Below are positions 48,282 to 63,400 of a stretch of DNA of 64,000 nt, piece by piece. The translations under genes were made by a program, and so were the position numbers. Numbering within the stretch: position 1 is the first letter of the stretch; every line of letters begins with the position of its first letter. Under the pieces are notes generated by a model. That model did no database searches and was not told the origin of the DNA. It saw nothing but the letters and a program-made list of their open reading frames with translations. This DNA comes from an uncultured Pseudomonadota bacterium (GTDB lineage Bacteria > Myxococcota_A > Polyangia > Fen-1088), in assembly GCA_963847705.1 (NCBI GenBank), contig CAWKBC010000017.1, positions 96,001 through 160,000 on the forward strand, in the 5' to 3' direction.

Positions 48282-48984
48282 GGAGGGCGCGCTGGACGCC
48301 GTCTGGCGTTGGCTGGGGCGCGCGCCGTTCAGGGAGACCACCGCGCTGCAGGAACGCCTGCGCGCGGCGGTTCTGTCGGGCGAGGGACCGGAGACGCTGC
48401 TCTTCTGCGAGCACGACCCGGTCATCACGCGCGGCCGCTCCGCGCAGATCGCGAACATCCTGGCTCCGCCGGAGGAGCTCGCCCACCGCGGCGTCTCGGT
48501 CGAGCAGGCCTCGCGGGGTGGTGACGTCACCTACCACGGACCCGGCCAGCTGGTCGGCTACCCGGTGGTGCGGCTGCGCGGCGGTGTGGTCGATCACATG
48601 ACGGCGATGGCGCGGGCGATCGCCCGCGTCGTTTCCCAGCTCGGCGTCGCGACAGAGTTCCGGCGCGGCGCGCCCGGCCTGTGGACAAATGACGAAAAGC
48701 TGTGTGCATTCGGGGTGCATATCCGATCGCGCGTTGCCATTCATGGCTTCGCGCTCAACGTCACGACCGACCTCGATGCGTTCGACCTGATCGTTCCCTG
48801 CGGCCTCGTCGGCGCGCGCGTCACCTCGCTCGCGCGTCTTCTCGCGCCTCTCGGCGTCGCGCCGCCGCCGCTCGAGATCCTCGCGGCGCGCATCGCGCGC
48901 GAGCTCGGCGCGGAACTGAACGTCACGTTTCACGCCAACGCAATTGCAATGTCGAATGGGATCACTAGAATGAATGAAGCGTGA
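48247..48984 (+). CDS. lipB: Lipoyl(octanoyl) transferase; start uncertain
   Basis: CEHDPVITRG, RGGDVTYHGPGQLVGYP, KLCAFG, HGFALN, IVPCGL. Confidence 0.93.
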   Translation: MPTSSRRSPRGREGALDAVWRWLGRAPFRETTALQERLRAAVLSGEGPETLLFCEHDPVITRGRSAQIANILAPPEELAHRGVSVEQASRGGDVTYHGPGQLVGYPVVRLRGGVVDHMTAMARAIARVVSQLGVATEFRRGAPGLWTNDEKLCAFGVHIRSRVAIHGFALNVTTDLDAFDLIVPCGLVGARVTSLARLLAPLGVAPPPLEILAARIARELGAELNVTFHANAIAMSNGITRMNEA

Positions 48985-50123
48985 AGTCTGCTCACCAGCC
49001 GCGCGTTTTGGTCGTTCACAACCGCGACTACGAAGGGGCCGAGGCCGATCCCGAGAACCGCGCGCGCGCCGATGTTCTGGGAACGGCGCAGAGTGTGGCC
49101 AAGGTGCTCAGCGACAGCGGATACGACGCGGGCACGGTCAGCATCGGCAGCGATCTGTACGGCGCCGTCGCGGAGATCACCGACTTCGCGCCCGACGTGG
49201 TCTTCAATCTTTGCGAGTCGATCGACGGCGCGAGCAACCTCGAGCCGCTGCTGCCGCTGCTGCTGGAGCGCGCGGGGCTGGCCTACACCGGCTCGTCGCC
49301 GCTCACGCTCGGGCTGGCGGTGCACAAGCACAAGGCGAAGGATGTGCTGCGCGGCGCCGGCGTGCCGACGCCCGAGGCGGCCGTGCTGACCGCGTCTGAC
49401 GTGTCGAAGGTCCCGCTCGGGTTTCCGCTCATCGTCAAGCCGGCGCGCGAGGACGCCTCGGTCGGGATCACGACCGACTCGGTGGTCCACGATCGCGCGG
49501 CGCTCGAGCGTCAGGTGACGTTCGTGCTGGCCCGCTACCTGCAACCGGCGCTGGTCGAGAGTTACATCGAAGGTCGCGAGATCTACGTCTCGCTGCTGGG
49601 ACGGCCCGAGGGCGGCGTTCAGATCCTGCCGCTCTACGAGATCGACTTCTCCGAGATGCCTGCCGGCTGCCCGCGCATCGTCTCCTTCGACGGCAAGTGG
49701 GTGGAGAGCTCGCCTGAATTCCGCGGCACCAAGCCGGTGCCGTGCGAAGGGCTGTCGGCGTCCGTGCAGGCCCGGATCGCCGAGGTCGCCCAGACCGCTT
49801 TCGCGGCGATGGAGCTGCGTGACTACGCCCGCCTGGATGTGCGCCTGTCGGCCGACGGCACCCCCTACATCATCGACGTGAACCCCAACTGCGATCTGTC
49901 GGAAGGGGCCGGGTTCGCGCGGGCGGCACGCGCGGCCGGCCTCGGATATGATGAGGTGGTCCGGCGCATCGTCGACCTGGCTCTGCAGAGGCGTCCGCAT
50001 GCCGACACGATCCCCTTCACCGCGCGCACCCGCACGGTCCCGCGCGCCCGCCCGGAGACACGTCCGGACAATCGTCCGGTGCTCTCGACGCGGGCGGCGC
50101 GCCGGGGCGTTCGCTCGGGCTAG
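48981..50123 (+). CDS. ATP-grasp protein, D-Ala-D-Ala ligase family (non-canonical)
   Basis: VVFNLCES, YTGS, IVKPAREDASVGI, YARLDVR, DVNPNC. Confidence 0.85.
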   Translation: MKSAHQPRVLVVHNRDYEGAEADPENRARADVLGTAQSVAKVLSDSGYDAGTVSIGSDLYGAVAEITDFAPDVVFNLCESIDGASNLEPLLPLLLERAGLAYTGSSPLTLGLAVHKHKAKDVLRGAGVPTPEAAVLTASDVSKVPLGFPLIVKPAREDASVGITTDSVVHDRAALERQVTFVLARYLQPALVESYIEGREIYVSLLGRPEGGVQILPLYEIDFSEMPAGCPRIVSFDGKWVESSPEFRGTKPVPCEGLSASVQARIAEVAQTAFAAMELRDYARLDVRLSADGTPYIIDVNPNCDLSEGAGFARAARAAGLGYDEVVRRIVDLALQRRPHADTIPFTARTRTVPRARPETRPDNRPVLSTRAARRGVRSG

Positions 50124-51039
50124 CGCGCTCGGGCTGCTCGGCCTGCTGGCCCTCGGCGCCTGCCATCACCGCGAGGCCCCCGCCGCGCCGCCACCGGCGC
50201 CGAAACCGGCGCTGGGGGCAATCGACGTTCAGCTCGCCCCGCCGCCGGACGACAAGACCCCGCGCCTCGAAAGCGGACCGCTGGAGCAGGCCTTGCGCGC
50301 GCGCTTGCTGGCAACGGGGCTGTTTGCGCCGGGCGGGGCTCCTGCCAGGGTCGGCGCGCGCGTCGGCACGGAGGTCGTGGAGGTGGGCACGGTGGGCGAG
50401 GCACGGGCGGTCGTGGGGCTGCAGCTCGACGACGGCAGAGCCGAGCTGCCCGACAGCGTGTCGTTCAAGCTGGAAGGACGCGGGAGCGAACGTTATGCGG
50501 TCCCCAAGCCGGAACGCAAAGGAGCAGCCCCCGCGCCTGCGCCGGAGCGCGCCGCAGCCCTGAACCGGCTGGTGCTGCGCATCGCCGGCGATCTGATCGA
50601 CGGCTACGTGGCCCGGCGCCAGCTCGAGCAAGGTCCGCCCGCGGGCGTGCACGCGGCACTCCAGGCCGACGGCGGCGCGCTGCGCGACGACGCGATCCGG
50701 GTGGTCGGCGAGCGGAAGCTGCGTGACGAGGTCCCGACGCTGCTCAAGCTGCTCAGCGATCCCGATGAGCCGACCCGCGATGCGGCGCTGGGATCCTTGA
50801 TTGCGCTCGGCGATCGCCGAGCGGTCAGCGAGCTGACGCGGACCCGGTCTCTGCGCGATCGGCACGAGATGCACAAGATGATCGAGGCGATCGCCATCCT
50901 CGGCGGGCAGGAGGCGGACCAGTACCTGAGCTTCGTCGCGGCCACCCACGACGACGACGAGATTCGCGCCGAGGCGGCCGCGGCGCGCGCGCGCCTGCAG
51001 CGGCGCGAAAACGATGCAGTTGCGCCAAGATCCGAGTGA
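49999..51039 (+). CDS. HEAT-repeat lipoprotein; start uncertain
   Basis: Lipobox LGA-C; VPTLLKLLSDPDEPTRDAALGSL..GDRRAV HEAT motifs. Confidence 0.72.
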   Translation: MPTRSPSPRAPARSRAPARRHVRTIVRCSRRGRRAGAFARASALGLLGLLALGACHHREAPAAPPPAPKPALGAIDVQLAPPPDDKTPRLESGPLEQALRARLLATGLFAPGGAPARVGARVGTEVVEVGTVGEARAVVGLQLDDGRAELPDSVSFKLEGRGSERYAVPKPERKGAAPAPAPERAAALNRLVLRIAGDLIDGYVARRQLEQGPPAGVHAALQADGGALRDDAIRVVGERKLRDEVPTLLKLLSDPDEPTRDAALGSLIALGDRRAVSELTRTRSLRDRHEMHKMIEAIAILGGQEADQYLSFVAATHDDDEIRAEAAAARARLQRRENDAVAPRSE

Positions 51040-51159
51040 TCTCCACAGTGATGTCCGGCGTGAGCTTCGACGGACGTCCGACCGATGGCGTCCGGCCTCA
51101 GGATGCCAACTAAAATATTTACCTACATTTTTGCCAGTGATTGCAATAACATTGCTTGA

Positions 51160-56169
<5,010 letters not shown>

Positions 56170-56265
56170 CCTCCGGCGAACCCGCGCAGCTTCAATCATG
56201 TTGCGATTCCCGCCAACTTTGTTGACGCCCGACCGGCGGAGACCCCGGCTTTTCGGGCCGATTTG

Positions 56266-56282
56266 TGGGCGTGTCATTTGCA
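56266..56282 (+). promoter_or_regulatory. Candidate sigma54 (-24/-12) promoter
   Basis: GG (56268-9)-N10-GC (56280-1) in TGGGCGTGTCATTTGCA, 30 nt before ATG 56311. Confidence 0.55.
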
Positions 56283-56310
56283 GCTCAGCCTCTGCGAGGG
56301 AATCCGCCCA

Positions 56311-56712
56311 ATGACTCTGCTCCGCCGACGCTGGCTGAAGATGGGGACGCTGCTGGGCGCCTCCGCGCTGCTCTGGTCGTGTGTCGCCCCGATTCTGACG
56401 GTGCCACCGCCCAGTGAGGTCGCGTTCGAGTCGACGATGCTCACCGCCAGCGACGGGACGCTGCAGACGTTCTGGATCGCCTCAGGGGGCCCGCTCGAGC
56501 AGGCGGCGAACGCGACCTACTACGTCTTCGACCGCACGCTTGGGGCCGGCGTCATCACCACCGGCCGCAACGACGGCTCGTTCACCGCGCCGCCCTTGCA
56601 GGGGAACGCCAAGGACCAGGTGCTGGTCTACTACAAGACGCCGTTCGGCGATTACAGCGACTCGCTCTGCGTCTTGCTCGGGACCGCCGCCTCGCCCGCG
56701 GCCTGCGAGTAG
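56311..56712 (+). CDS. Small lipoprotein, unknown function
   Basis: Lipobox LWS-C, beta-rich body. Confidence 0.72.
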   Translation: MTLLRRRWLKMGTLLGASALLWSCVAPILTVPPPSEVAFESTMLTASDGTLQTFWIASGGPLEQAANATYYVFDRTLGAGVITTGRNDGSFTAPPLQGNAKDQVLVYYKTPFGDYSDSLCVLLGTAASPAACE

Positions 56713-56864
56713 CCCGGCAGCCGGCGGACCTCTTCGCGCGCGATACGCCAGGCCGCCTGGATGATCCAGGAGATGGAGCGGTCCTGGCGGATCGCCTCGT
56801 GCTGGGTCTCGCCCAGCACCGTGGCGTTGAAGTACAGCGTGACCTTTTTCTTCGGCGACGACAT
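56652..56864 (-). CDS. TIGR04563-like (MXAN_4361/4362 family) small RHH-like protein
   Basis: GGAGG RBS; KKKVTLYF..EAIRQDRSISWIIQAAWRIAR. Confidence 0.78.
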   Translation of the reverse strand: MSSPKKKVTLYFNATVLGETQHEAIRQDRSISWIIQAAWRIAREEVRRLPGYSQAAGEAAVPSKTQSESL

Positions 56865-56896
56865 TCGTCCTCCGTCCTCGCGGGTCGGGCGCGAGA

Positions 56897-57730
56897 CTAA
56901 AAAGAGATGCTGGGCGTCGACGGCAGGAAGAAGACCAGGTTGGCCGACACCACGAAGGTGTGCGTCCAGGTCAGATCGGCGGTCGTGGCGTGCAGGTCGC
57001 CGTTGGTGTCCCGGCCCGATGGATTGAGCTTGGCCAGCATGTCGCGCAGTTCGACGTTCAACGCCATCCAGTGGTTGAAGTAGCTGTGCAGCCCCAGCCC
57101 GTAGGTGGCGGCGATCTTCGATCCGCTGACGCCGCAGTAGTAGGCCGAGCCGCTGACCATGTTGTTCGCGTTGGGGTTGGTGGATGCGCAGGCGGGGATG
57201 CCCGAGTTGGTGGGCGTCACGCTGATGACCCCGGCGCCGCCCAGCAGGTAGAAGTCGTAGTTGGCGAACAGCCAGCCGGCCAGCGAGTACTTTCCGGTGA
57301 AGGGCGTGAACTCGAGCTGCCCGCCCAGGATATTGTTGATCTTCTGCATCGAGTTCAGCGCGTCGGTCCTGGTCGGCTCGAAGGGCGTCGACGGATTGCT
57401 GCCCAGCGATCCCAGAAGATCGGACTGGAAGGTGGTGGCGACGTTCGCCACCGCAAACCCACCGAACAGCGACACGGCAAGCCAGTCGTTGATGTGGAAC
57501 CCGAGCTTCAGGTTGAGAAAGACCGTGTGGTAAAAATCCTGGTTGATCGTCGTGCCCACCCCGGCGCCGAGCTCCAGGCGGCTGGCCCGCAGCTCGTAGC
57601 GCTTCCGGATCGCGGGTGCATCGGCCAGCGGGCTCTTGCGCTGTGCCTGCGCTGCGAGCGGCACCACCGTCACCGCCAGAGCGATGAGCAGCGAGAGCCA
57701 CCGAGCTTTGGTCGTCTTGGTCATGGGCAT
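56897..57730 (-). CDS. Outer-membrane beta-barrel protein (TIGR04565-like, GltA/B/H-type)
   Basis: GGAGAAGG RBS, signal peptide, RLEL..INQDFY, FTPFTGK, ELRD, FFLP. Confidence 0.8.
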   Translation of the reverse strand: MPMTKTTKARWLSLLIALAVTVVPLAAQAQRKSPLADAPAIRKRYELRASRLELGAGVGTTINQDFYHTVFLNLKLGFHINDWLAVSLFGGFAVANVATTFQSDLLGSLGSNPSTPFEPTRTDALNSMQKINNILGGQLEFTPFTGKYSLAGWLFANYDFYLLGGAGVISVTPTNSGIPACASTNPNANNMVSGSAYYCGVSGSKIAATYGLGLHSYFNHWMALNVELRDMLAKLNPSGRDTNGDLHATTADLTWTHTFVVSANLVFFLPSTPSISF

Positions 57731-57794
57731 GTCCTTCTCCGAGCGCCGGGTCACGTTCAGGTTCAGATCCGCGTTCATGTTCATGGACGCCGCC

Positions 57795-58805
57795 CTAACG
57801 AGGAGTCTTGTACTGGAATTTCGTCGGCAGATAGATTCCAACGCCGACGTAGAACATGACGTTCTGGACGAGCTCCGACTGCGCCTGCGCCTTGGCTTCG
57901 GCCGAGGTGGTGATGCCCGCGGATGCGCCGTCGGGTTTGGGCTCGAACTTGTCGGGGACCAGGTAGTCGCGCAGCGCGAAATTCACGCTCAGCCAGTTCA
58001 GCAAGAAGAAGCGGCTCCCGATGCCCACGTTCGGCGTGATATCGGTGTTCTGAAAGGCGAGCGCGTCGTTGGCGGGGTCGCGCGGGATGACCTTGGTGAA
58101 CGTCACGCCGACGCCCGCCGAAGCCCAGATCTCCCAGCTCAGGATCGAGCGGTTGAAGAGGGCGAACTTGCCGTAGACCGGCACGTACCCGAAGTTCAGC
58201 GCGCCGCCGTAGAGGTACTCGTTGAGGGTCGGCGCGCGGTTGTACTCGCTGCCGACCAGCTCTTCCTGGTTGGTGAGCTGGTGGATGAAGTACTGTCCCT
58301 GGAGGCCGATCCAGAAGACGTCGGTCAGGAAGTAGTTGAGGTCGAGGCCGAGAACGTAGTGGCGGATGAGGCTGTCGTTGACCGAGATCCCGGTGAAGGG
58401 CTGAAACTCGAAGCGCCCTCCCTTGAGAAAGGCCTTTCTGGGAACGACGACGATGTCGGCCCAGCTGCCGGTCGAGGCGGGGCGAGCTCCCTTGGGCGCG
58501 CCGCCCAGGTCTTCCTCGACCTTGCCTGGCTGAGTTTCGTCCCCCTCCAGGCTCTCGCTCGGGGTGGCCGCCGCTCCGCCAGCCGCATTTCCGGTCGCGT
58601 CGGTCTTTCCGGTATCGCCGGCGGTCTGGTCATCCGCGGCCCCGGAATTGGTGGCCTTATCGGTATTCTTGGCGCTGTCATCAGCGACCGCGGAATCATC
58701 CGCTGCCGGTGCCGCCGCCTTCCCGCCTCCCTTTTTCGCGTAACCGGGTGCCGCCCAACCTAGGAGGGCAACCCATATGAAGAGGCAGATGGCCGGTCGC
58801 TTCAT
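57795..58805 (-). CDS. Outer-membrane beta-barrel protein (TIGR04565-like, GltB-type)
   Basis: Signal peptide, VVPRKAFLKGGRFE, SVND, VPVYGKF, ALRDY, IYLP. Confidence 0.8.
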   Translation of the reverse strand: MKRPAICLFIWVALLGWAAPGYAKKGGGKAAAPAADDSAVADDSAKNTDKATNSGAADDQTAGDTGKTDATGNAAGGAAATPSESLEGDETQPGKVEEDLGGAPKGARPASTGSWADIVVVPRKAFLKGGRFEFQPFTGISVNDSLIRHYVLGLDLNYFLTDVFWIGLQGQYFIHQLTNQEELVGSEYNRAPTLNEYLYGGALNFGYVPVYGKFALFNRSILSWEIWASAGVGVTFTKVIPRDPANDALAFQNTDITPNVGIGSRFFLLNWLSVNFALRDYLVPDKFEPKPDGASAGITTSAEAKAQAQSELVQNVMFYVGVGIYLPTKFQYKTPR

Positions 58806-58942
58806 GATCCCTCGCTGTCTCTGGGGGGGTGGAAAGAGCCGAAGGGCTAAAAACCCAAAAAAAATCAAAGACTTACGGCCAGAATCAGAATTTTGCGCAC
58901 TATAGCACGCGGAAAAAAATCCAAGCAACTAAAATTGCTGAG

Positions 58943-60280
58943 CTACCCCTCGAGCGGAGCGAAGAGGGCCTCGACGAACTCTTCTGGATCGAAGCGTCGC
59001 AGGTCATCCACCGTCTCGCCGACACCCACGTAGCGAACCGGGATCTTCAGCTGATCCGCGATTCCAAGAATCACCCCACCTTTGGCCGTGCCGTCCAGCT
59101 TGGTGAGCACAATACCGGAAACCGCCATCGCTTCAGTAAAGATTTGCGCCTGGGCGATCGCGTTCTGGCCGCTCGTCGAATCGATCACCAGCCAGGTCTC
59201 GTGGGGCGCTCCGGGCGCCGCCTTGGCAAGCGTGCGGCGGACCTTCTGCAACTCCTGCATCAGATCGACCTTGGTGTGCAGCCGCCCGGCGGTGTCGGCG
59301 ATCGCGACGTCGAAGCTCTCGGTCACGGCGCGCTTGACGCCATCGAAGATGACCGATGAAGGATCTGCCCCTTCTTTTCCGCGGACGATCGTCGCGCCCG
59401 TGCGTCCTGCCCAGATCTCGAGTTGCTCGGCCGCCGCCGCCCGAAAGGTGTCGCCGGCGGCGAGCAAGACCCGCTTTCCGTCGCCGGCCAGCTTCGCCGC
59501 CAGCTTGCCGATGGTGGTCGTCTTGCCGCTGCCATTGACGCCGATGACGAGGAGGACGAACGGCTTCGCCGACGAGAAATCGAGCTCGGGGGCCGGCAGC
59601 GAGAGCATCTCGGCGCTCCGCTGGCGCAGGAAGGCCCAGACGGCGTCGGGATCCTTGAGCTCGCGGCGGGAGAGGGAGCTGCGGATCTCCTCCAGAAGTT
59701 TCTGGCTGGTCTTGACGCCGATGTCGGCGGTGAGGAGCACCTTCTCGATCTCGTCGACGACGGAGGGGTCGAGCTCCTTGCGACCCGAGAACAGCTCGCC
59801 GAGCCGCGCGATGAAACCCGTCGAGCGCGTGCGGGCCAGCCCCGGCGCCAGCGCGGAGACCTTCTTTTCCTTGGGCGCGGCGGGCGCCGGGAAGGGAATG
59901 ACCTGAGCGGAGCGCGGCTCTGCCTCGGGCTCCGCTTCGGGAGGCGCTGTTTCCGGTTCTTCGGCCCGCTCCCTGTGGGCGTGGGCGGGCGCGTGGCCGG
60001 AGGAGGCCCGCGCCGAGCGGGCGGGAGACGCCTCTTCTTCAGGACCGGCTTCTGGTTCCTCTTTTTCGGGTTCGGGTTCGACCGCTTTGGTTTTTGGCGC
60101 ACCCTGACGTCGGGGCAGCGCGGCCGGAACCTCATCGACCGCGTCAATCTGCCGGCGGCGGGCGGCGCGCGCGCGCCGGACGAAGAGGACGCCCAGAACG
60201 CCGGTCACACCCACGCCGCCGACGACGGCAATCAGCTCGTAGAGCTCGGTTGGACTGATAGGCAGCGACGACAAATCCAT
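58943..60280 (-). CDS. ftsY: Signal recognition particle receptor FtsY with N-terminal TM anchor
   Basis: [39 protein letters not shown]. Start chosen before the TM helix. Confidence 0.95.
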   Translation of the reverse strand: MDLSSLPISPTELYELIAVVGGVGVTGVLGVLFVRRARAARRRQIDAVDEVPAALPRRQGAPKTKAVEPEPEKEEPEAGPEEEASPARSARASSGHAPAHAHRERAEEPETAPPEAEPEAEPRSAQVIPFPAPAAPKEKKVSALAPGLARTRSTGFIARLGELFSGRKELDPSVVDEIEKVLLTADIGVKTSQKLLEEIRSSLSRRELKDPDAVWAFLRQRSAEMLSLPAPELDFSSAKPFVLLVIGVNGSGKTTTIGKLAAKLAGDGKRVLLAAGDTFRAAAAEQLEIWAGRTGATIVRGKEGADPSSVIFDGVKRAVTESFDVAIADTAGRLHTKVDLMQELQKVRRTLAKAAPGAPHETWLVIDSTSGQNAIAQAQIFTEAMAVSGIVLTKLDGTAKGGVILGIADQLKIPVRYVGVGETVDDLRRFDPEEFVEALFAPLEG

Positions 60281-60497
60281 CGGGGGTGGGACACTATCAC
60301 CAAACGTGGGATTGTCGTCGCCGTGCCCATCCGCGCCGGCCGCCAGGTCGAAATTTGCGTCGACGACTGCGGCCTGCGACGTTCTTTGGCGACACTGTTT
60401 ACAGAACCGAGACGAGGATGCTACAAGGTGAGGCTGCCGTGACAATACATTCTACGTATGGTCGCGACCCCGGTCCCCACCGAAAGCGGAGGCGCAC

Positions 60498-63400
60498 GTG
60501 AAGATCAAGCGCATCGAGATCTGCGGTTTCAAGTCGTTCGTCGACAAGACGTCCATCAGCTTCCCGGACCCGATCACCTCGATCGTCGGCCCGAACGGGT
60601 GCGGTAAGTCGAACGTGGTCGACGCGATCCGGTGGGTCATGGGCGAGCAGTCCGCCAAGCACCTGCGTGGCCGCGCGATGGAGGACGTCATCTTTGCCGG
60701 CTCCGAGTCGCGTGGACCGGCCGGTTTCGCCGAGGTCTCGCTGTCGTTCGACGCGCGCAGCCTGGCTGCCGACGCGGTGGCGGGGGGCGTGGCCTGGGGC
60801 GCGGCCAGACCCGAAGAGATCGTGGTGACCCGTCGGCTCTACCGGGACGGCCAGAGTGACTATCTGCTCAACGGCGTCCCGTCGCGGCTGCGCGACGTGG
60901 TCGAGTTCTTCCTGGGCACGGGGGTCGGCTCGAAGGCCTACGCCATCATCGAGCAGGGGCGAATCGGGTTCATCGTCTCGTCGCGGCCCGAGGATCGCCG
61001 GGGCCTCATCGACGAGGCGGCCGGGATCACCCGTTACAAGTCCAAGAAGAAGGCGGCCGAGCGCCGGATGGACTCGACACGCCAGCACCTCCTGCGGGTG
61101 ACCGACATCGTCGGCGAGATCGAAGGGCGGCTGCGTTCGCTGCGTCTGCAGGCGCAGAAGGCCGAGCGCTACAAGCGCTACAAGGGCGAGCTGCGCGATC
61201 TCGACCTCTGGTCCTCGTCGCAACGTTACCTTGGTCATCTCGCCGACGAGAAGTCGGCGATCAGCGAGCTCGCCGAGGTGCGCGAGCGCCACGATCTCGA
61301 CGCGGCCGCGCTGGCGGTCGAGGAGGCGTCGGTCGAGGCCGAGCGGCTGTCGGGCGCCGAAGAGGCGAACGAGCTGGCGACCGCCAAGGACGAGCTTTTC
61401 GCGCTGTCGAACCGGGCGCAGCTCGGGATGCAGCGGGCGGCCCATCACGAGTCAGAGGCGAGCGAGCTGACGTCGCGGGCCGAGGCGGGCCGTAAGGAGG
61501 TCGAGGAGCTGCGGGCGCGGGCCATTGCACGCGGCGCCGACGTCGAGGAGCTCACCGCCCAGCTGTCGGACATCGACGGCGACGCCGAGCGGCGCGAGCG
61601 CGAGTACGATCTGGAGGCGCGCCTGCAAGACGTGCGGCGCGTGGCCCTCATCGAGGCGCGCGGCGCGCTCGACGGGGCGGTCGGGGAGATGGCCTCGGCC
61701 AGCGCGCGGCTGGCCCGCCTGGGGGCGGAGCGAACGGCGGCGATGGCGCGCCGCGAGGATCTGGCCGGGCGGCTGGCAGGCCTGGCGGGCGAAGAGGAAG
61801 CCGCGAACGAGCGGCTGTCGGCGCTGACCTCCGACGAGAGCGAGTTTCAGGAGCGCGTCCTGGCGCTGCGCGCGCGGGTCGAGGCGGCGCGGCACCGGGC
61901 CGCCGACGAAGAGGCGCAGCTGGCCGCGCTGCGCGCCGATCTCGGCCGGGGCGAGCTGGAGCTCGAAACCCTGCGGGAGGAGTCGCACCGGCGGCGCTCG
62001 CGGCTGGCGTCGCTGTCGGAGATCCAGGAGCGCTACGAGAGCTTCCAAAAGGGCGTCCGCGCCATCATGCAGGAGCATCAGCAGGGCGGCGGCCGGGCGG
62101 GGGTCACGGGGATCGAAGGGATCGTCGCCGACATCATGCGTCCGCCACCGGAGCTGGAGACCGCGGTCGAAGCGGTGCTCGGCGAGCGGCTGGGCAACGT
62201 GATCGTCGAATCGCACCAGGCGGGCGTGGAGGCGATCCAGTTCCTCAAGCAGAAGAGCGAGGGGCGCTCGTCGTTCATCCCGATCGCGCTGCGGGCGCAG
62301 CGGGGCGAGGTGCTCTACGACGCCATGGGCGGGTCCGGCGCCATGGGCGGTTCCGGCGCCATCGGTGGTTCCGGATCATCGGGCGGTTCCGACGGCGGGC
62401 TGACCCCGCTGGTCGATCCGGCCGCGGTGGCCGACGTCTGGCCCGCGGCGCCCGGCGTGCGCGGGAAGATGCTCGACCTCATCAGCTACGATCACAAGTA
62501 CGACGCGGTCGCGACCTACCTGCTCGGCGACGTGCTGGTGGTCGAGGATCTCGAGCGCGCCCTGGCGCTCTGGCGCGAGACGCGCACGACCAAGACCATC
62601 GTCACCCTCGAGGGCGAGGTGATCGATCCGCACGGCGTCGTCACCGGCGGCTCGCGCGAGTCGGCGCTGGCCGGCGTGCTCGAGCAGAAGCGCGAGATCC
62701 GCGAGCTCGAGGCGGTGATGCAACGGCTCGACGCCGACGTCGAGGCCGCTCTCGGCCGACACGTGGCGAAGAAGCAGGCCACCGCGGATCTCGGCCGCCA
62801 GCGTGATGAGGGCGCCGTCGCGCTGCGGTCCGACGAGATGGCGCTGCTCGGTCAGGAGAAGGATCTCGAGCGGCTGGTCGAAGAGCGGCGGCGCCTGGAG
62901 GCGCGGCGGGCCGCGCTGGCGGCGCAGACCGTCGATCTGACGCGCGCCCGCGAGGAGAGCGAGGCACGGCTCGAGGCCGCGACCACCGCGCTCACGGACG
63001 ACGGAGCGACCCTGGAGGACGCCGAGCGACGCGCGGGCGAGCTGCGGCTGCAGACCGTGGCGCTGGCCGACGAGGTCGATCGCGGGGTGGCCCAGCTGAC
63101 GACTCTCAAGGTGGCGGCCTCGCAGGCGACGGAGCGGCGGAAGAACGCCCGCCAGACCCTGGAGCGCCTGCTCTCCGATCGCGCGGCGGACGAGGCGCGG
63201 GCGGCGCGCCTCGACAGCACCATCGCCGAGGATCTGGCCCGGGGCGAGGCGCTGCGCGCGCAGGTCCTGGAGCTGCGGGAGGAGGCGGAGCTGGCCCAGG
63301 CGGAGGCCGAGGCCCGCGCCCGGGCGCACGGCGAGCGGCAGAGCGCGCTCGAGGCCCGGCAGTCGGCGCTGGCCGCCCGGGAGGCCGAGCTGCGCGCCGC

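Noticed and set aside
56389-56395. A fourth CCGATTC as another frameshift
   Set aside because: The ORF is intact here and removing the T would create a stop, so the motif alone is not diagnostic.
60281-60445. N-terminal CxxC extension of FtsY
   Set aside because: Probably untranslated divergent promoter region; ATG 60280 precedes the TM anchor.
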